From contig JANNBC010000024.1 of the NCBI GenBank assembly GCA_031385045.1, forward strand, positions 192,001-256,000: DNA of 64,000 nucleotides, read 5' to 3'. The stretch comes from a bacterium (lineage in GTDB: Bacteria > Bdellovibrionota_C > UBA2361 > CALJRW01). The notes under the pieces are model-generated. The model was not told where the DNA came from. It saw only the letters and a list, made by a program, of their open reading frames with translations, and searched no databases. The first letter of the stretch is position 1; every line of letters starts with the position of its first letter. Shown here one piece after another: positions 39,740 through 49,503 of this stretch. Made by a program: the position numbers and the translations under genes.

Positions 39740-41881
39740 ATGAGCTCTCAAAAACATATTATCATTGTGCTTGGTATGCACCGCAGTGGAACTAGTGCTA
39801 TTACCCGAGGACTTCAAGCGCTAGGTGTTAACCTAGGAACAAAACTGATTGATCCAGCAATCGGTGAAAATGATAAAGGATTTTTCGAAGATAAAGATTT
39901 TTTAGAACTAAACGAAGAACTACTACAAAAATTAGACTATAATTGGAATTCGCTGGGCACACTTCCACTACTAACTACTCAGCAAGAAATAATCCTAAAC
40001 TATCAAGAAAAACTATCTGCGCTACTAGTGAATCGTCTAGAAAATTCTAATCTTTATGGAATAAAGGATCCCCGATTTTCCAAATTATTACCTTTGATTA
40101 AACCTGTCTTACAAAGACTTAAATTGCAGGTCAGCTATATTATTGCCAGTCGTAATCCTCTAAGCGTGGCAAACTCTCTACTAAGACGTAATCAAATCCC
40201 AATCATGAAGACTTTATATCTCTGGCTAGAGCACTTAATTTTTAGCCTGGAACATACCAACAATGAACATCGACTAGTAGTAGATTTTGATCTGGTACTG
40301 GCAGATACAAAATTGGAGATCAAGCGAATTGCCAACTTTTTAGAGTTAAATAATCAAATCTCCCTCACCCAAATTCAAGAGTATGAAAAAGAGTTTCTAG
40401 ATCCAAGTTTAAGACACTCCCAATTTAGCTCTGATGAACTAAATAATAATCAGATGATACCTAAATTAATTGTGGATCTCTATCAATTACTTTTGAATTC
40501 TAGCTCAGAAGAAAATAGTCTTGCTGATCCTGAAAATATTATAAACTATGAAAAAATTATCGCATCCTACAGAGAAATACTACCTGCCCTTAATTATCTT
40601 CAAATAGTAGAGAATCAAAAGCTAAGTGACTATGAAAATTTAACAGCTAAGATTAAGATTCTTGAGCTGGAATTAGCCGATCAAAATCAAAAATATAATT
40701 CCCTAAATTTGTTACTAGCCGAAGAGATACATTTAAAAAAGATTTCGGAGATTAATTTAAGCGAAAGTAATCAAAAGATAGCTAAATTAAGCCAAGAATT
40801 GCAGGCAATTCAAGCAACTCTAAATAGCATTTTCACTAGTCGCTCCTGGCAAATGACAAAACCACTAAGAAAAATCTTAGTGAATCTCAGACAATTGAAA
40901 AATTTAAATAATAAAAGCTTAACTGAAAATAAGACTCCTAATGAACTAGAGTTTATGTTTATTGCCGAAGCAGGCATCCTAGAAGAACAAGCCCTATTAT
41001 TAGCTACTAGTATCCGAAAATACACTGGCCGTTATAGGACATCTCCGATAACTGTTATTTCTCCAAGAGCTATAAACAGACCAAGTACAAATACTATTGC
41101 GTCCTTAAAAGCACTGGCAGTAAATTATCTGCCACTCAATCTTGACTCTCCTTCTCCAGAGTATCTGCCTTCATATCGAATCCTAGCCTCTACTTACTTT
41201 GAAAAAAACACTCAGGCTAAAAATTTAGCTGTCCTAGATAGTGACACGTTTTTTATCCGCGAACCGGATCTAGAATTAGGCGAATATGATGTGGCACTTC
41301 GACCAGTGGACATACAAGGTATTTGTTCAACTGGCCCATCAGATCCTAAAGATCAATATTGGCAAAAACTATGCGAATGTTGCCATGTAAATTACGAATC
41401 AATTCCAACTGTCACAACTACAGTTGATCAAATTACAGTAAAAGCAAGTTATAATGGAGGTTTCATTATTACAAAAAAATCAGCTGGCATTTTTGAACGT
41501 ACGGAAAATTACTTTAGAAATTCTCTTGTCTGCGACTTAGTACCTTCGGAGGATTCTAAGCTAACTTTTAATGCCGGTCATGGCACAGTCACACCAAATG
41601 GAAGTAAATATTGGGGTAGTTCACAAGCTTGTCTTTCACTGGCGATTTGGGGTTCAGGGCTAAAAGTAAAAGATCTTTCTGCCACTCATAATTTACCACT
41701 TAATTTTCTAGAAGAATTAAAACCAAGGCTTACTTCTGATTTTCAAATGCAAATTGCTCATATCCACTATCATCATCTTTTTTCCAAAGATCATAATCCT
41801 CAAAAACTATTTGAAAACACTAAACTTCTACCTGAGGATGTGAGCGGATGGCTATTTAAGGAAGTCCCATTCCGTTACTAA
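39740..41881 (+). CDS. sulfotransferase-fold domain + coiled coil + GT-A-like domain
   Basis: LGMHRSGTS, GFFED, KDPR, RNPLSVA.SL; heptad region ending SRSWQMTKPLR; LDSDT DxD and YNGG; ATG at 39740. Confidence 0.8.
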   Translation: MSSQKHIIIVLGMHRSGTSAITRGLQALGVNLGTKLIDPAIGENDKGFFEDKDFLELNEELLQKLDYNWNSLGTLPLLTTQQEIILNYQEKLSALLVNRLENSNLYGIKDPRFSKLLPLIKPVLQRLKLQVSYIIASRNPLSVANSLLRRNQIPIMKTLYLWLEHLIFSLEHTNNEHRLVVDFDLVLADTKLEIKRIANFLELNNQISLTQIQEYEKEFLDPSLRHSQFSSDELNNNQMIPKLIVDLYQLLLNSSSEENSLADPENIINYEKIIASYREILPALNYLQIVENQKLSDYENLTAKIKILELELADQNQKYNSLNLLLAEEIHLKKISEINLSESNQKIAKLSQELQAIQATLNSIFTSRSWQMTKPLRKILVNLRQLKNLNNKSLTENKTPNELEFMFIAEAGILEEQALLLATSIRKYTGRYRTSPITVISPRAINRPSTNTIASLKALAVNYLPLNLDSPSPEYLPSYRILASTYFEKNTQAKNLAVLDSDTFFIREPDLELGEYDVALRPVDIQGICSTGPSDPKDQYWQKLCECCHVNYESIPTVTTTVDQITVKASYNGGFIITKKSAGIFERTENYFRNSLVCDLVPSEDSKLTFNAGHGTVTPNGSKYWGSSQACLSLAIWGSGLKVKDLSATHNLPLNFLEELKPRLTSDFQMQIAHIHYHHLFSKDHNPQKLFENTKLLPEDVSGWLFKEVPFRY

Positions 41882-42082
41882 GTATAAATAGTCTACAATT
41901 GACCTTAAATTCCCACTGGAACCCCTTACAATAAGATAAGATATTATAATTACTAGTGAAATTTACTAACCAGCACGAGACTTCAACAATCGAATCATGC
42001 TAAAATTCTTAAGGAAATTTAAAAACTTCCTGCAAATAGAGTAACAAACATTTTTAATGTTCCATAACCAGTTGTAGTCCTT

Positions 42083-44023
42083 TTGGCTTATCAATCAATG
42101 ACCATAGAAAAGCATTCATCGCATCCAATTATTAATGATTCTTCATTACTAAAAGTTCAATTCACGATTGATTCTGATGGCGGCACCGTAGATCTTTCTT
42201 CTAAAACAGCTTTCACATTTATTATCCGAGAAGATACATCTTATGTTCTTTCCATGCTCAATCAACGCCTACCAGAGATTCCAAAATCAAATTTGATACC
42301 AGTAGTCCAAAAAGCATATGAAATTTATTGCCAGAAACTATATGACAACTTATTGCTTGGACTTGCCCCCTTTAGGAAAGCAGGAGAAGATATTCAAGTA
42401 CATATTTTTAATGCCGAGGAACTTCGTCAAGCAATTGAAAAAAAAGCTGGAATCAATCCAGTTATCTCGTTAGATCCTTTATGTCCAGCAAAATCTCCAG
42501 TACTTAATTATCAAACATCTAGGCATTACCTATTAGGTGGGAAGGTCTCAATTGGTTCCGGCAATCGACCGGGAAGTCCATCTTTGGCTCAACAAAAAAT
42601 TCATATTAAGCAATCTTTAGATGGCAATCAACTAGCTCCGATTGGAGTTGATGATGATATTCATTCTGGAGGAACCGCTGCAAAATTTGCAGAAGCCCTA
42701 GGATTTACAAATTTTATTCCTGGATTATTTACTGGAGATCCCCAAGCAATTGCCAAACTACCAATTAAAATTGATCCCGTAGTCTCTTATAATGTTGGAC
42801 ATCATGCGGAACGTGTTGACTTAGGAGATCCACGCGACTTTCTGCTTGGAATTCCTGGCGGTGGTCTAGCGATCTTATTGCCAAGTGGAACACTTGGCAG
42901 ACTTCCTTATTTATTACCTTGTAATAGCCCAAACAAGCGTTCTTGTATTCACCGGACAGAGGAAGCTAACTTCTCGATTAAGATGCTAAAAGCTTCTTTG
43001 GAATTTTATCAGACAGTAACAGTTGAAAGTGGCATTGAGCTAAAATTAAAAAATGGTGATCCTCATTTTAGAAATGCAGTACATGAATTATTTGGCTTTA
43101 ACCACGAAACTAAAATTACAGAGGTAATTAAGTTTTTTATTAATAATTTTGATTCTCTTGTTGAAAGAATTAATAACTTCGGGAAAACATCCAACTTACT
43201 TCATCAATCTGGTTATTCTTTTGGTCAACCTTTTATTTTACTTGATGTTAATGGGACTTTAATTGAAGAAGACTCTGGAAAGATCGACTTCCTAAACCCA
43301 AGATTTGATCAGATTCGTCAACAAATTTCCCGCCTACAAGAAGCAGGCTTTTCCATTGGACTGTGCTCCGATAGCCCGCTTCCGCAATTAAATATCCTAG
43401 CCAGACAGTTAGGTATTAATGGATTAAATTTAGCTGAGAATGGCAACATTATCGGTAACGAAGCATTTAATTTTCAACTCAAGGGCCTTCAGGAGATCGA
43501 TCAGATTAAAGCTTTACTAACAAAAAAAATCAGTGTCGCATTTCCCCATGCCCAAGATCTAGAAGATATTGCCTCACCAGAATTTGGTGGACAAATCAAC
43601 TACCGCAAACATGAGTGGGCTTTTGGTTTAAATCGACAGTCAAGTATTGCAATCTTTGCCGCCTCTGAAATTTTAGTCAAAATCCCAAGATTTTTAGAAG
43701 AGATTAGACAAGAAATTGGAGTTCCAATGTCTATTGACTATAGTCCAGATTATAATTTTATTGGTGTACATGGCTCTGATTATAAGACCAGCAAGGGGCA
43801 AAGTATTCGCTGGCTAAATGAATTTACCAGTAGCCCAATTGTCATGATTGGCAACAGTATGTCAGATCATATTGACGGCTGTCGCCCTGGTGGAATGATC
43901 CAATGTGCCTTTGTCGGCGATGCTAGAATCGAAGCAAATGCTACTATTTCGGCTTCAGTTATTGCTAGGTCTCCAAACTCTAAAGGCGTAGAAGAAATCC
44001 TGAGTGGGATTAAATCCGCTTAA
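42083..44023 (+). CDS. PRTase-like / HAD-like fusion protein
   Basis: VDDDIHSGGT PRPP-loop-like motif; LLDVNGTLI, LCSDS, AENG, SKG, MIGNSMSD HAD motifs; start may be ATG 42098. Confidence 0.7.
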   Translation: MAYQSMTIEKHSSHPIINDSSLLKVQFTIDSDGGTVDLSSKTAFTFIIREDTSYVLSMLNQRLPEIPKSNLIPVVQKAYEIYCQKLYDNLLLGLAPFRKAGEDIQVHIFNAEELRQAIEKKAGINPVISLDPLCPAKSPVLNYQTSRHYLLGGKVSIGSGNRPGSPSLAQQKIHIKQSLDGNQLAPIGVDDDIHSGGTAAKFAEALGFTNFIPGLFTGDPQAIAKLPIKIDPVVSYNVGHHAERVDLGDPRDFLLGIPGGGLAILLPSGTLGRLPYLLPCNSPNKRSCIHRTEEANFSIKMLKASLEFYQTVTVESGIELKLKNGDPHFRNAVHELFGFNHETKITEVIKFFINNFDSLVERINNFGKTSNLLHQSGYSFGQPFILLDVNGTLIEEDSGKIDFLNPRFDQIRQQISRLQEAGFSIGLCSDSPLPQLNILARQLGINGLNLAENGNIIGNEAFNFQLKGLQEIDQIKALLTKKISVAFPHAQDLEDIASPEFGGQINYRKHEWAFGLNRQSSIAIFAASEILVKIPRFLEEIRQEIGVPMSIDYSPDYNFIGVHGSDYKTSKGQSIRWLNEFTSSPIVMIGNSMSDHIDGCRPGGMIQCAFVGDARIEANATISASVIARSPNSKGVEEILSGIKSA

Positions 44024-44050
44024 TTTAGCCTTAACAATCTAGAGTAAAAT

Positions 44051-45028
44051 TTATTCTTTTACTACTAAACCCAAAAACTTAAGCATTAACTCCACGGCCT
44101 CTTGGCTACTTAAATTTCCTAGCAACTGGTATTTAATTAAATTACCATTGGCTACTAAGGAAGTCTTCCCATAACTACCAGGAGATAATTCAATTGTCAT
44201 TTTTTCTTCTACAAAACTTCCATAACCAAGTGCTGCTAAAATTGTAAAAGGATCGTTAAACTCAAAATGACGATTATTATTTAGCCCAAAAGATTTAAAA
44301 AACTTCTCCATTAATTGCAGGGTTAACTCCGCTGATTTATTCTCAGGCTTTAAAGTTAGATATTTTTCGTAGGAAATTGTTAGGTTTTTTGTTAAATCCC
44401 AAGTAGTATAATACTTTCTTAAACTAGAAGTATTAACAATATAAGCTGCTAATGGATCACAATAAATATTAAACTCAGCGATTTGGATTTTCTCTGGTCC
44501 TAGCTCTGGCCCCGTATTACCTGGTGTATAAAGTGCTCCACCCATAATATAAACATTACGGATATATTTTTGGATATCTGCACCAAGATAAATACACAGC
44601 TTAGCAAGATTAGTTAATGGGCCAGTAACAATATAATCAACTGGAGCAGACGCTTTTAGATAAGTATGAAGTTCTTGCAAAAATTCAGAATCATTAACAA
44701 ATTGATGAATTTTAATAGAATTATTCTCAGGTAAGATTAGATCACAGATTCCATTAGCTCCAACAAAATCTCCAGCACTGACTTGCTTAGTTTCAATTGG
44801 GTTCTGCGCTAATGGTATGCTACTACCTTTTAAAATTTCGATCTTAGTTGCCGCTAGTGCATGGAGCAATCTTGCCGTATTATCTGTGCTGTTTTCTATT
44901 GACGTATTTCCATGGGAGGTTATTATTCGATCTAACGGAAGATTTAAAGCAATTGCTAACTGAATTGCTAAAAAATCATCTTCTCCAGTATCTACATCTA
45001 AAATTATTTTATTAAGCTGGTCTAACAT
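44051..45028 (-). CDS. inosine-uridine preferring nucleoside hydrolase family protein
   Basis: ILDVDTGEDD, HGN, TGPLTNLA, MGGA, AEFNIYCDP, NDP; ATG at 45028 preferred. Confidence 0.9.
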   Translation of the reverse strand: MLDQLNKIILDVDTGEDDFLAIQLAIALNLPLDRIITSHGNTSIENSTDNTARLLHALAATKIEILKGSSIPLAQNPIETKQVSAGDFVGANGICDLILPENNSIKIHQFVNDSEFLQELHTYLKASAPVDYIVTGPLTNLAKLCIYLGADIQKYIRNVYIMGGALYTPGNTGPELGPEKIQIAEFNIYCDPLAAYIVNTSSLRKYYTTWDLTKNLTISYEKYLTLKPENKSAELTLQLMEKFFKSFGLNNNRHFEFNDPFTILAALGYGSFVEEKMTIELSPGSYGKTSLVANGNLIKYQLLGNLSSQEAVELMLKFLGLVVKE

Positions 45029-45917
45029 GGGAAAACAAAAAATAATTAACTTTGGTTCGATCAATATTGATCATGTCTACAAAGTAGCTGATTTTGTACT
45101 TCCTGGTCAAACAATCTCATGCCTTGACTATGAAATCCACCCTGGAGGCAAGGGACTAAACCAATCAATTGCACTGTCTCGGGCAGGCTTAGAGACATAT
45201 CACCTTGGTAAAATTGCAGCACAAGATCTTTGGTTAAAGGAATTACTGGCAAGTAATCAAATTAATACTAATTATTTAGATTTAACTGGATCCGTGACTG
45301 GTCATGCAATTATTCAAGTTAATAACCAAGGTGAAAATTGCATTGTGATTCATGCTGGCGCCAATCGTGAACTAACAGTCGAGCAAATTAATCAGGCACT
45401 CTTGAATCTTAACGCGAATGCCTGCTTACTCCAAAATGAAACGAATTTAATCCCAGAGATTATTAGTTTAGCAAAACAGCGAAACCTAGCTGTATTTTTT
45501 AACCCCGCTCCATTTACTAAAGTTATCCCGGAACTTCCCTTTGCTTCAATTGATTGCCTAATTCTAAATGAAACTGAAGCCTTTGAATTTTGCAAAACTG
45601 AATCAGTGAGCGAAGCCTTAAATATCTTCAAACACCAATATCCAGCTCTGCAAATTGTTCTAACTTTAGGTAAAGATGGCGCAATTTTTCAGGATGCTAA
45701 TCATTTTATTGAGCAAGCTGGGTTTCCTGTTACAGCATTAGATACTACTGCTGCTGGAGATACTTTTATTGGCTTTTTTATTGCAGAATTTCTAGCTTCT
45801 AATAATCCAGAAATAGCTTTAAAGAATGCCTGCCAGGCAGCTGCTATTTCCGTGACTAAAAACGGAGCAGCTAAATCAGTTCCAACAAAACTTGAAGTAG
45901 AAAAATTTTTTAACTAA
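45027..45917 (+). CDS. rbsK: ribokinase (PfkB family)
   Basis: GSINID, PGGKGLNQ, LQNE, NPAP, NETE, DTTAAGDTF; reads on the + strand (atgggaaaacaaaaa at 45027), so the track's '-' label is wrong. Confidence 0.93.
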   Translation: MGKQKIINFGSINIDHVYKVADFVLPGQTISCLDYEIHPGGKGLNQSIALSRAGLETYHLGKIAAQDLWLKELLASNQINTNYLDLTGSVTGHAIIQVNNQGENCIVIHAGANRELTVEQINQALLNLNANACLLQNETNLIPEIISLAKQRNLAVFFNPAPFTKVIPELPFASIDCLILNETEAFEFCKTESVSEALNIFKHQYPALQIVLTLGKDGAIFQDANHFIEQAGFPVTALDTTAAGDTFIGFFIAEFLASNNPEIALKNACQAAAISVTKNGAAKSVPTKLEVEKFFN

Positions 45918-46218
45918 TTATTATAAACCCAGCGTCCTTCATTTTTTGTAAAAAACGATCCGTAGAGGGTTTACTAACTCAAATTAAGACTAAATCTCCC
46001 TAAATTAAGTAATATACTATTCAAAACTAACTTAGTTTGCCAAGTTTTAGAGGGATTTGATTATTAGTAAATTAATCCAAAATCAGCCTAATAATACACA
46101 TTAATCTAAATACTTAACTAACAGAAATAGCTCAACTATTTGGTGATTTGTTTGCTTAGAAAGGTAATAAGTAATACACTAATGCCTCCAAATTTGTAAC
46201 TAAGATTTTTTTAAATAG

Positions 46219-48279
46219 ATGTTTGTAGTAAGTAGTGGGCGCCTATCGCCATCCCTGTCAGTCAAAGACACAACCTGTACACCAGAAGAATGGAAACGAA
46301 ATCCGTTTCCTCTAAAGAATCTATTTTTAGATAAATGGGGTAACGAACGCCAAGCGGGCGATTGTGAAAGATTACAACGAGTAGTCCAGGCAACTTCTCT
46401 TTTGCCATTTGGTAGAACTTTTGTTTATGCTTCGTATGAAAACCCAACTGGAAAAGCCGGAGGCCTCTATCCTGTTGCTGAGAATCTACCTCGAGCTTTC
46501 CATAACTTAAGAGAAACCGCCATTTCTATTCCTCAACCAGATCTAATGATCCGGATTAGTCCTTATCACAAGGGAGGAAAGTCTGCTGATTTTAGAGATG
46601 CTAGAGAAACGGCACTGGCAATTGCTGAATCTAGAGCACTTGAGAACTGTGCCTATTTTGCTAAATGTGAGGCACACGAGATCCCACTTAGTGCCTGCGC
46701 GCAAGTCAGCAATCGACCTAATCAATTTGTATTTTATGTTGGTACTTGTGAAGTGCCTTTTGGAGAACCAAATCAACGACTGGAAAGACCAACTGTCACA
46801 ACACGAATTTATCGATTACTAGATATTAAAAAAGATAAGACTATTAATGATTGGTATCTACTAGAGGCCGATGGATTTTTTGAAGCTCCCAGACCTCCCT
46901 ACTCCTACCACGGCGAACATGACTCGCACTGGAAAGAGCAAAAAGATTATCTGTTTGCCTCACGCGCAATTCCTGAAGTTTTAAAAGCTCTGCAGATTAC
47001 TGAGAATATTGTTTTAATGCCCCAAGATTTTCATCTAGCGACATCAGTCTTAACAATGACGGAACAAATTGCTGGCGGATATATAAAAAGTGGGCACGCT
47101 GCTATTGGTTTGCACAATGTCTTTGACTTTGATCTCACTCCTGGTGAGTTAAGAATGGTAACAGATCGATACTCTGATCAGTATTGGCTAAATGAATGGG
47201 ACGAGCCATCTAGACATACTCACCTTTCGCGAATGATTGGACTTACCGCTTCTCCACTGATTGCAGTCAGCGAAGGATTTGGAAGAGAAATAGTTGATCG
47301 ACCTGCAAAACTACCAATTGATGATAATTTACATCATCTCATGAAACTTCATGGTGTAACAGGTGTAGCCAATGGAGTTTTTGGTAAAGTTAGAACTAGG
47401 GTTGAAATCGTAGAAGCAAGTAGGCAAGCACTGACAGGTGAATATGCACCAATCATAGATCTAAAATTGGAGGCACGTACCGGATTATTAAAGACACTAG
47501 ATAGCTTCTTGGGTCTGCAACGTAAACTGGATTTACAAGACAATGGCAATAGAGTCATTGGCCACTGGCAAGAAGAAAGAGCTGGAAACGGGATTCCAGA
47601 TCTAATCCAAGAATTACCAATCTTCTCAATGATGGGGCGTTTCGACTGGAATCAAAAAGGTCATTTATTAGCACTAAAAACTATTTCTGATCATATTCCA
47701 CAAGATCTAGATGCTCGCTTTATAATTGGAGCTGCCGGATTTCATCCAGACATACATGGACATGATATTTTCTACCAAATGCGCGAAGTTGCCTTGCGCT
47801 CGGCAGGCAAATTAATTTTCCTAACAGACTGGTTGCAAGGAGATCTTCGGGAAGATTTATTCTCTGGCTCTAGTTGGGCATTAATGCCATCACTCTATGA
47901 ACCCTTTGGAATGGTTCCCGAATGGCGTGGATCTGGCCGAAGTTCAATTGGTACTCCTGTGATTGCTCATAATACTGGGGGTCTTGGAGAACAAATTAAT
48001 GATGGACATGATGGTCTACTATTTAGTGATGATGGTAGTGATCATGAATGGAGACAGATTTTAACTGCTGGCAGTCCTTATCAAAGAATGTCGATACCAA
48101 CTTTTAACCTAATTGCTCATAATTTTGGTCGCAAGATCGAAGAAGCTGTTAGTATTTATCAAGACCCTAGTCGCTATGGGCAAATGTTAGCAAATCAACC
48201 AGTTTCACTTAGTAATAATTCTTGGTTAACAAATATTTTTGCCCTTGTTGCCGTTATCAATTGCGCCGGAAAACAATAA
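46219..48279 (+). CDS. divergent glycogen/starch synthase-like GT-B glycosyltransferase
   Basis: KAGGL, QDFH, HN, GVANGV, GRF..QKG, MPSLYEPFG, TGGL. Confidence 0.8.
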   Translation: MFVVSSGRLSPSLSVKDTTCTPEEWKRNPFPLKNLFLDKWGNERQAGDCERLQRVVQATSLLPFGRTFVYASYENPTGKAGGLYPVAENLPRAFHNLRETAISIPQPDLMIRISPYHKGGKSADFRDARETALAIAESRALENCAYFAKCEAHEIPLSACAQVSNRPNQFVFYVGTCEVPFGEPNQRLERPTVTTRIYRLLDIKKDKTINDWYLLEADGFFEAPRPPYSYHGEHDSHWKEQKDYLFASRAIPEVLKALQITENIVLMPQDFHLATSVLTMTEQIAGGYIKSGHAAIGLHNVFDFDLTPGELRMVTDRYSDQYWLNEWDEPSRHTHLSRMIGLTASPLIAVSEGFGREIVDRPAKLPIDDNLHHLMKLHGVTGVANGVFGKVRTRVEIVEASRQALTGEYAPIIDLKLEARTGLLKTLDSFLGLQRKLDLQDNGNRVIGHWQEERAGNGIPDLIQELPIFSMMGRFDWNQKGHLLALKTISDHIPQDLDARFIIGAAGFHPDIHGHDIFYQMREVALRSAGKLIFLTDWLQGDLREDLFSGSSWALMPSLYEPFGMVPEWRGSGRSSIGTPVIAHNTGGLGEQINDGHDGLLFSDDGSDHEWRQILTAGSPYQRMSIPTFNLIAHNFGRKIEEAVSIYQDPSRYGQMLANQPVSLSNNSWLTNIFALVAVINCAGKQ

Positions 48280-48468
48280 AAATTACTAGCTACAAGATCC
48301 TCAAAGTGACAGTTTGTTTTAAGTTCGATATAGTCGCTCCCAGAAAAGATTATTTACAGTGTTTTTAAAATCTTGGCTCAATATTAAAATTTTACAGATA
48401 AGAGTGTATAAATCCAATCTGATTACTTCTCTTTTTCAGCAATTATTTTTGAAATTTACTATAAACCT

Positions 48469-48810
48469 ATGAGCGAATTACCGAATTGTCCTAAATGTAA
48501 ATCTACTTATACTTACGAAGATCAACTGATGTATATTTGTCCAGAATGCGCCAATGAATGGCTCATCGAAGCTGAGCTTATAAGTTCGGAGGAGTCCTCA
48601 GAAATAAAAGATGCTAATGGTAATCTGCTTCAAGATGGAGACACCGTAACTGTTATTAAGGATCTTAAAATCAAAGGAACTAATTCCGTTGTAAAGGTTG
48701 GTACGAAAGTAAAAAATATCCGCCTAGTTGATGGAGTTCATGATATCGATTGTAAAATCGATGGCTTTGGAGCAATGAAACTAAAATCTGAATTCGTTAA
48801 AAAGATCTAA
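48469..48810 (+). CDS. yjdM: zinc-ribbon protein YjdM/PhnA family
   Basis: CPKC..YTYED...[29 protein letters not shown]. Confidence 0.93.
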   Translation: MSELPNCPKCKSTYTYEDQLMYICPECANEWLIEAELISSEESSEIKDANGNLLQDGDTVTVIKDLKIKGTNSVVKVGTKVKNIRLVDGVHDIDCKIDGFGAMKLKSEFVKKI

Positions 48811-48916
48811 ATATTTCCATCTGGAAATTAAATAAGGCTTCTAACTACAAGGAAATAAGTTGAACCAAATACGACCGAAGAAAATGAATTTTTGAACAGA
48901 ATGGGAGGGAAGGAAA

Positions 48917-48949
48917 TTGAGCTAGAAGTAATGACTACTTCTAGCTCAA
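48917..48949 (-). terminator. intrinsic terminator downstream of the cold-shock gene (possibly bidirectional)
   Basis: 14-bp perfect stem ttgagctagaagta/tacttctagctcaa 6 nt past the stop, followed by a pyrimidine tract on the - strand. Confidence 0.75.
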
Positions 48950-48955
48950 GAATAA

Positions 48956-49144
48956 TTAGGCACATTTTACGTTAACAGCGCATGGACCTTTACGTCCTTC
49001 ACCGATATCGTAACTGACTTCTTGTCCTTCAGAAATCTGCTCACTAACTTCAGAGTGATGTACAAATAAATCTTCGCCATCGTCTTGTGCAATAAAACCA
49101 AAGCCTTTTTGCTCGTCAAACCATTTTACTTTACCTTTAGCCAT
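48956..49144 (-). CDS. cspA: cold-shock protein
   Basis: GKVKWF...KGFGFI, DLFVHHS (RNP1/RNP2). Confidence 0.95.
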   Translation of the reverse strand: MAKGKVKWFDEQKGFGFIAQDDGEDLFVHHSEVSEQISEGQEVSYDIGEGRKGPCAVNVKCA

Positions 49145-49303
49145 TTTTAATCCTATGTATAAAAAAATCTAATATATAATTATAGTGAGGCCAAAAAAGT
49201 AACTTACCTAATGGGGTTAAATTTTTCACTGGACTCACCATGTGATGTTATTTTGCCATTTAAACTTGATAATTATTCAATCTTCAATTGGACTTAGTGA
49301 TCA

Positions 49304-49370
49304 TTGATTATACTCAGGAATAGTTCATTGAAATGGGTCCACCAAACATTGAGGACTCAAGTATAATCAA
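49304..49370. repeat. 67-bp element with 11-bp perfect inverted ends containing TATACT
   Basis: ttgattatact ... agtataatcaa. Confidence 0.6.
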
Positions 49371-49503
49371 AGATGCTAGAATAACTTATTACAAGATGAA
49401 GATCTGGTCAAAGTTACTTCAAAAGACTAACTAGAAATGCCCTTTTAAGACTAAAACAGTAATGATAGAGGCCTGTTAGTAACATTTAAAATAAACTATA
49501 AAA

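Noticed and set aside
45029..45064. TTG start for the nucleoside hydrolase at 45064
   Set aside because: It adds 12 residues that are merely antisense ribokinase codons; the family motif position favours ATG 45028
45027..45917. ORF track lists the ribokinase on the - strand
   Set aside because: The listed peptide is encoded on the + strand (atgggaaaacaaaaaata from 45027), so the label is wrong
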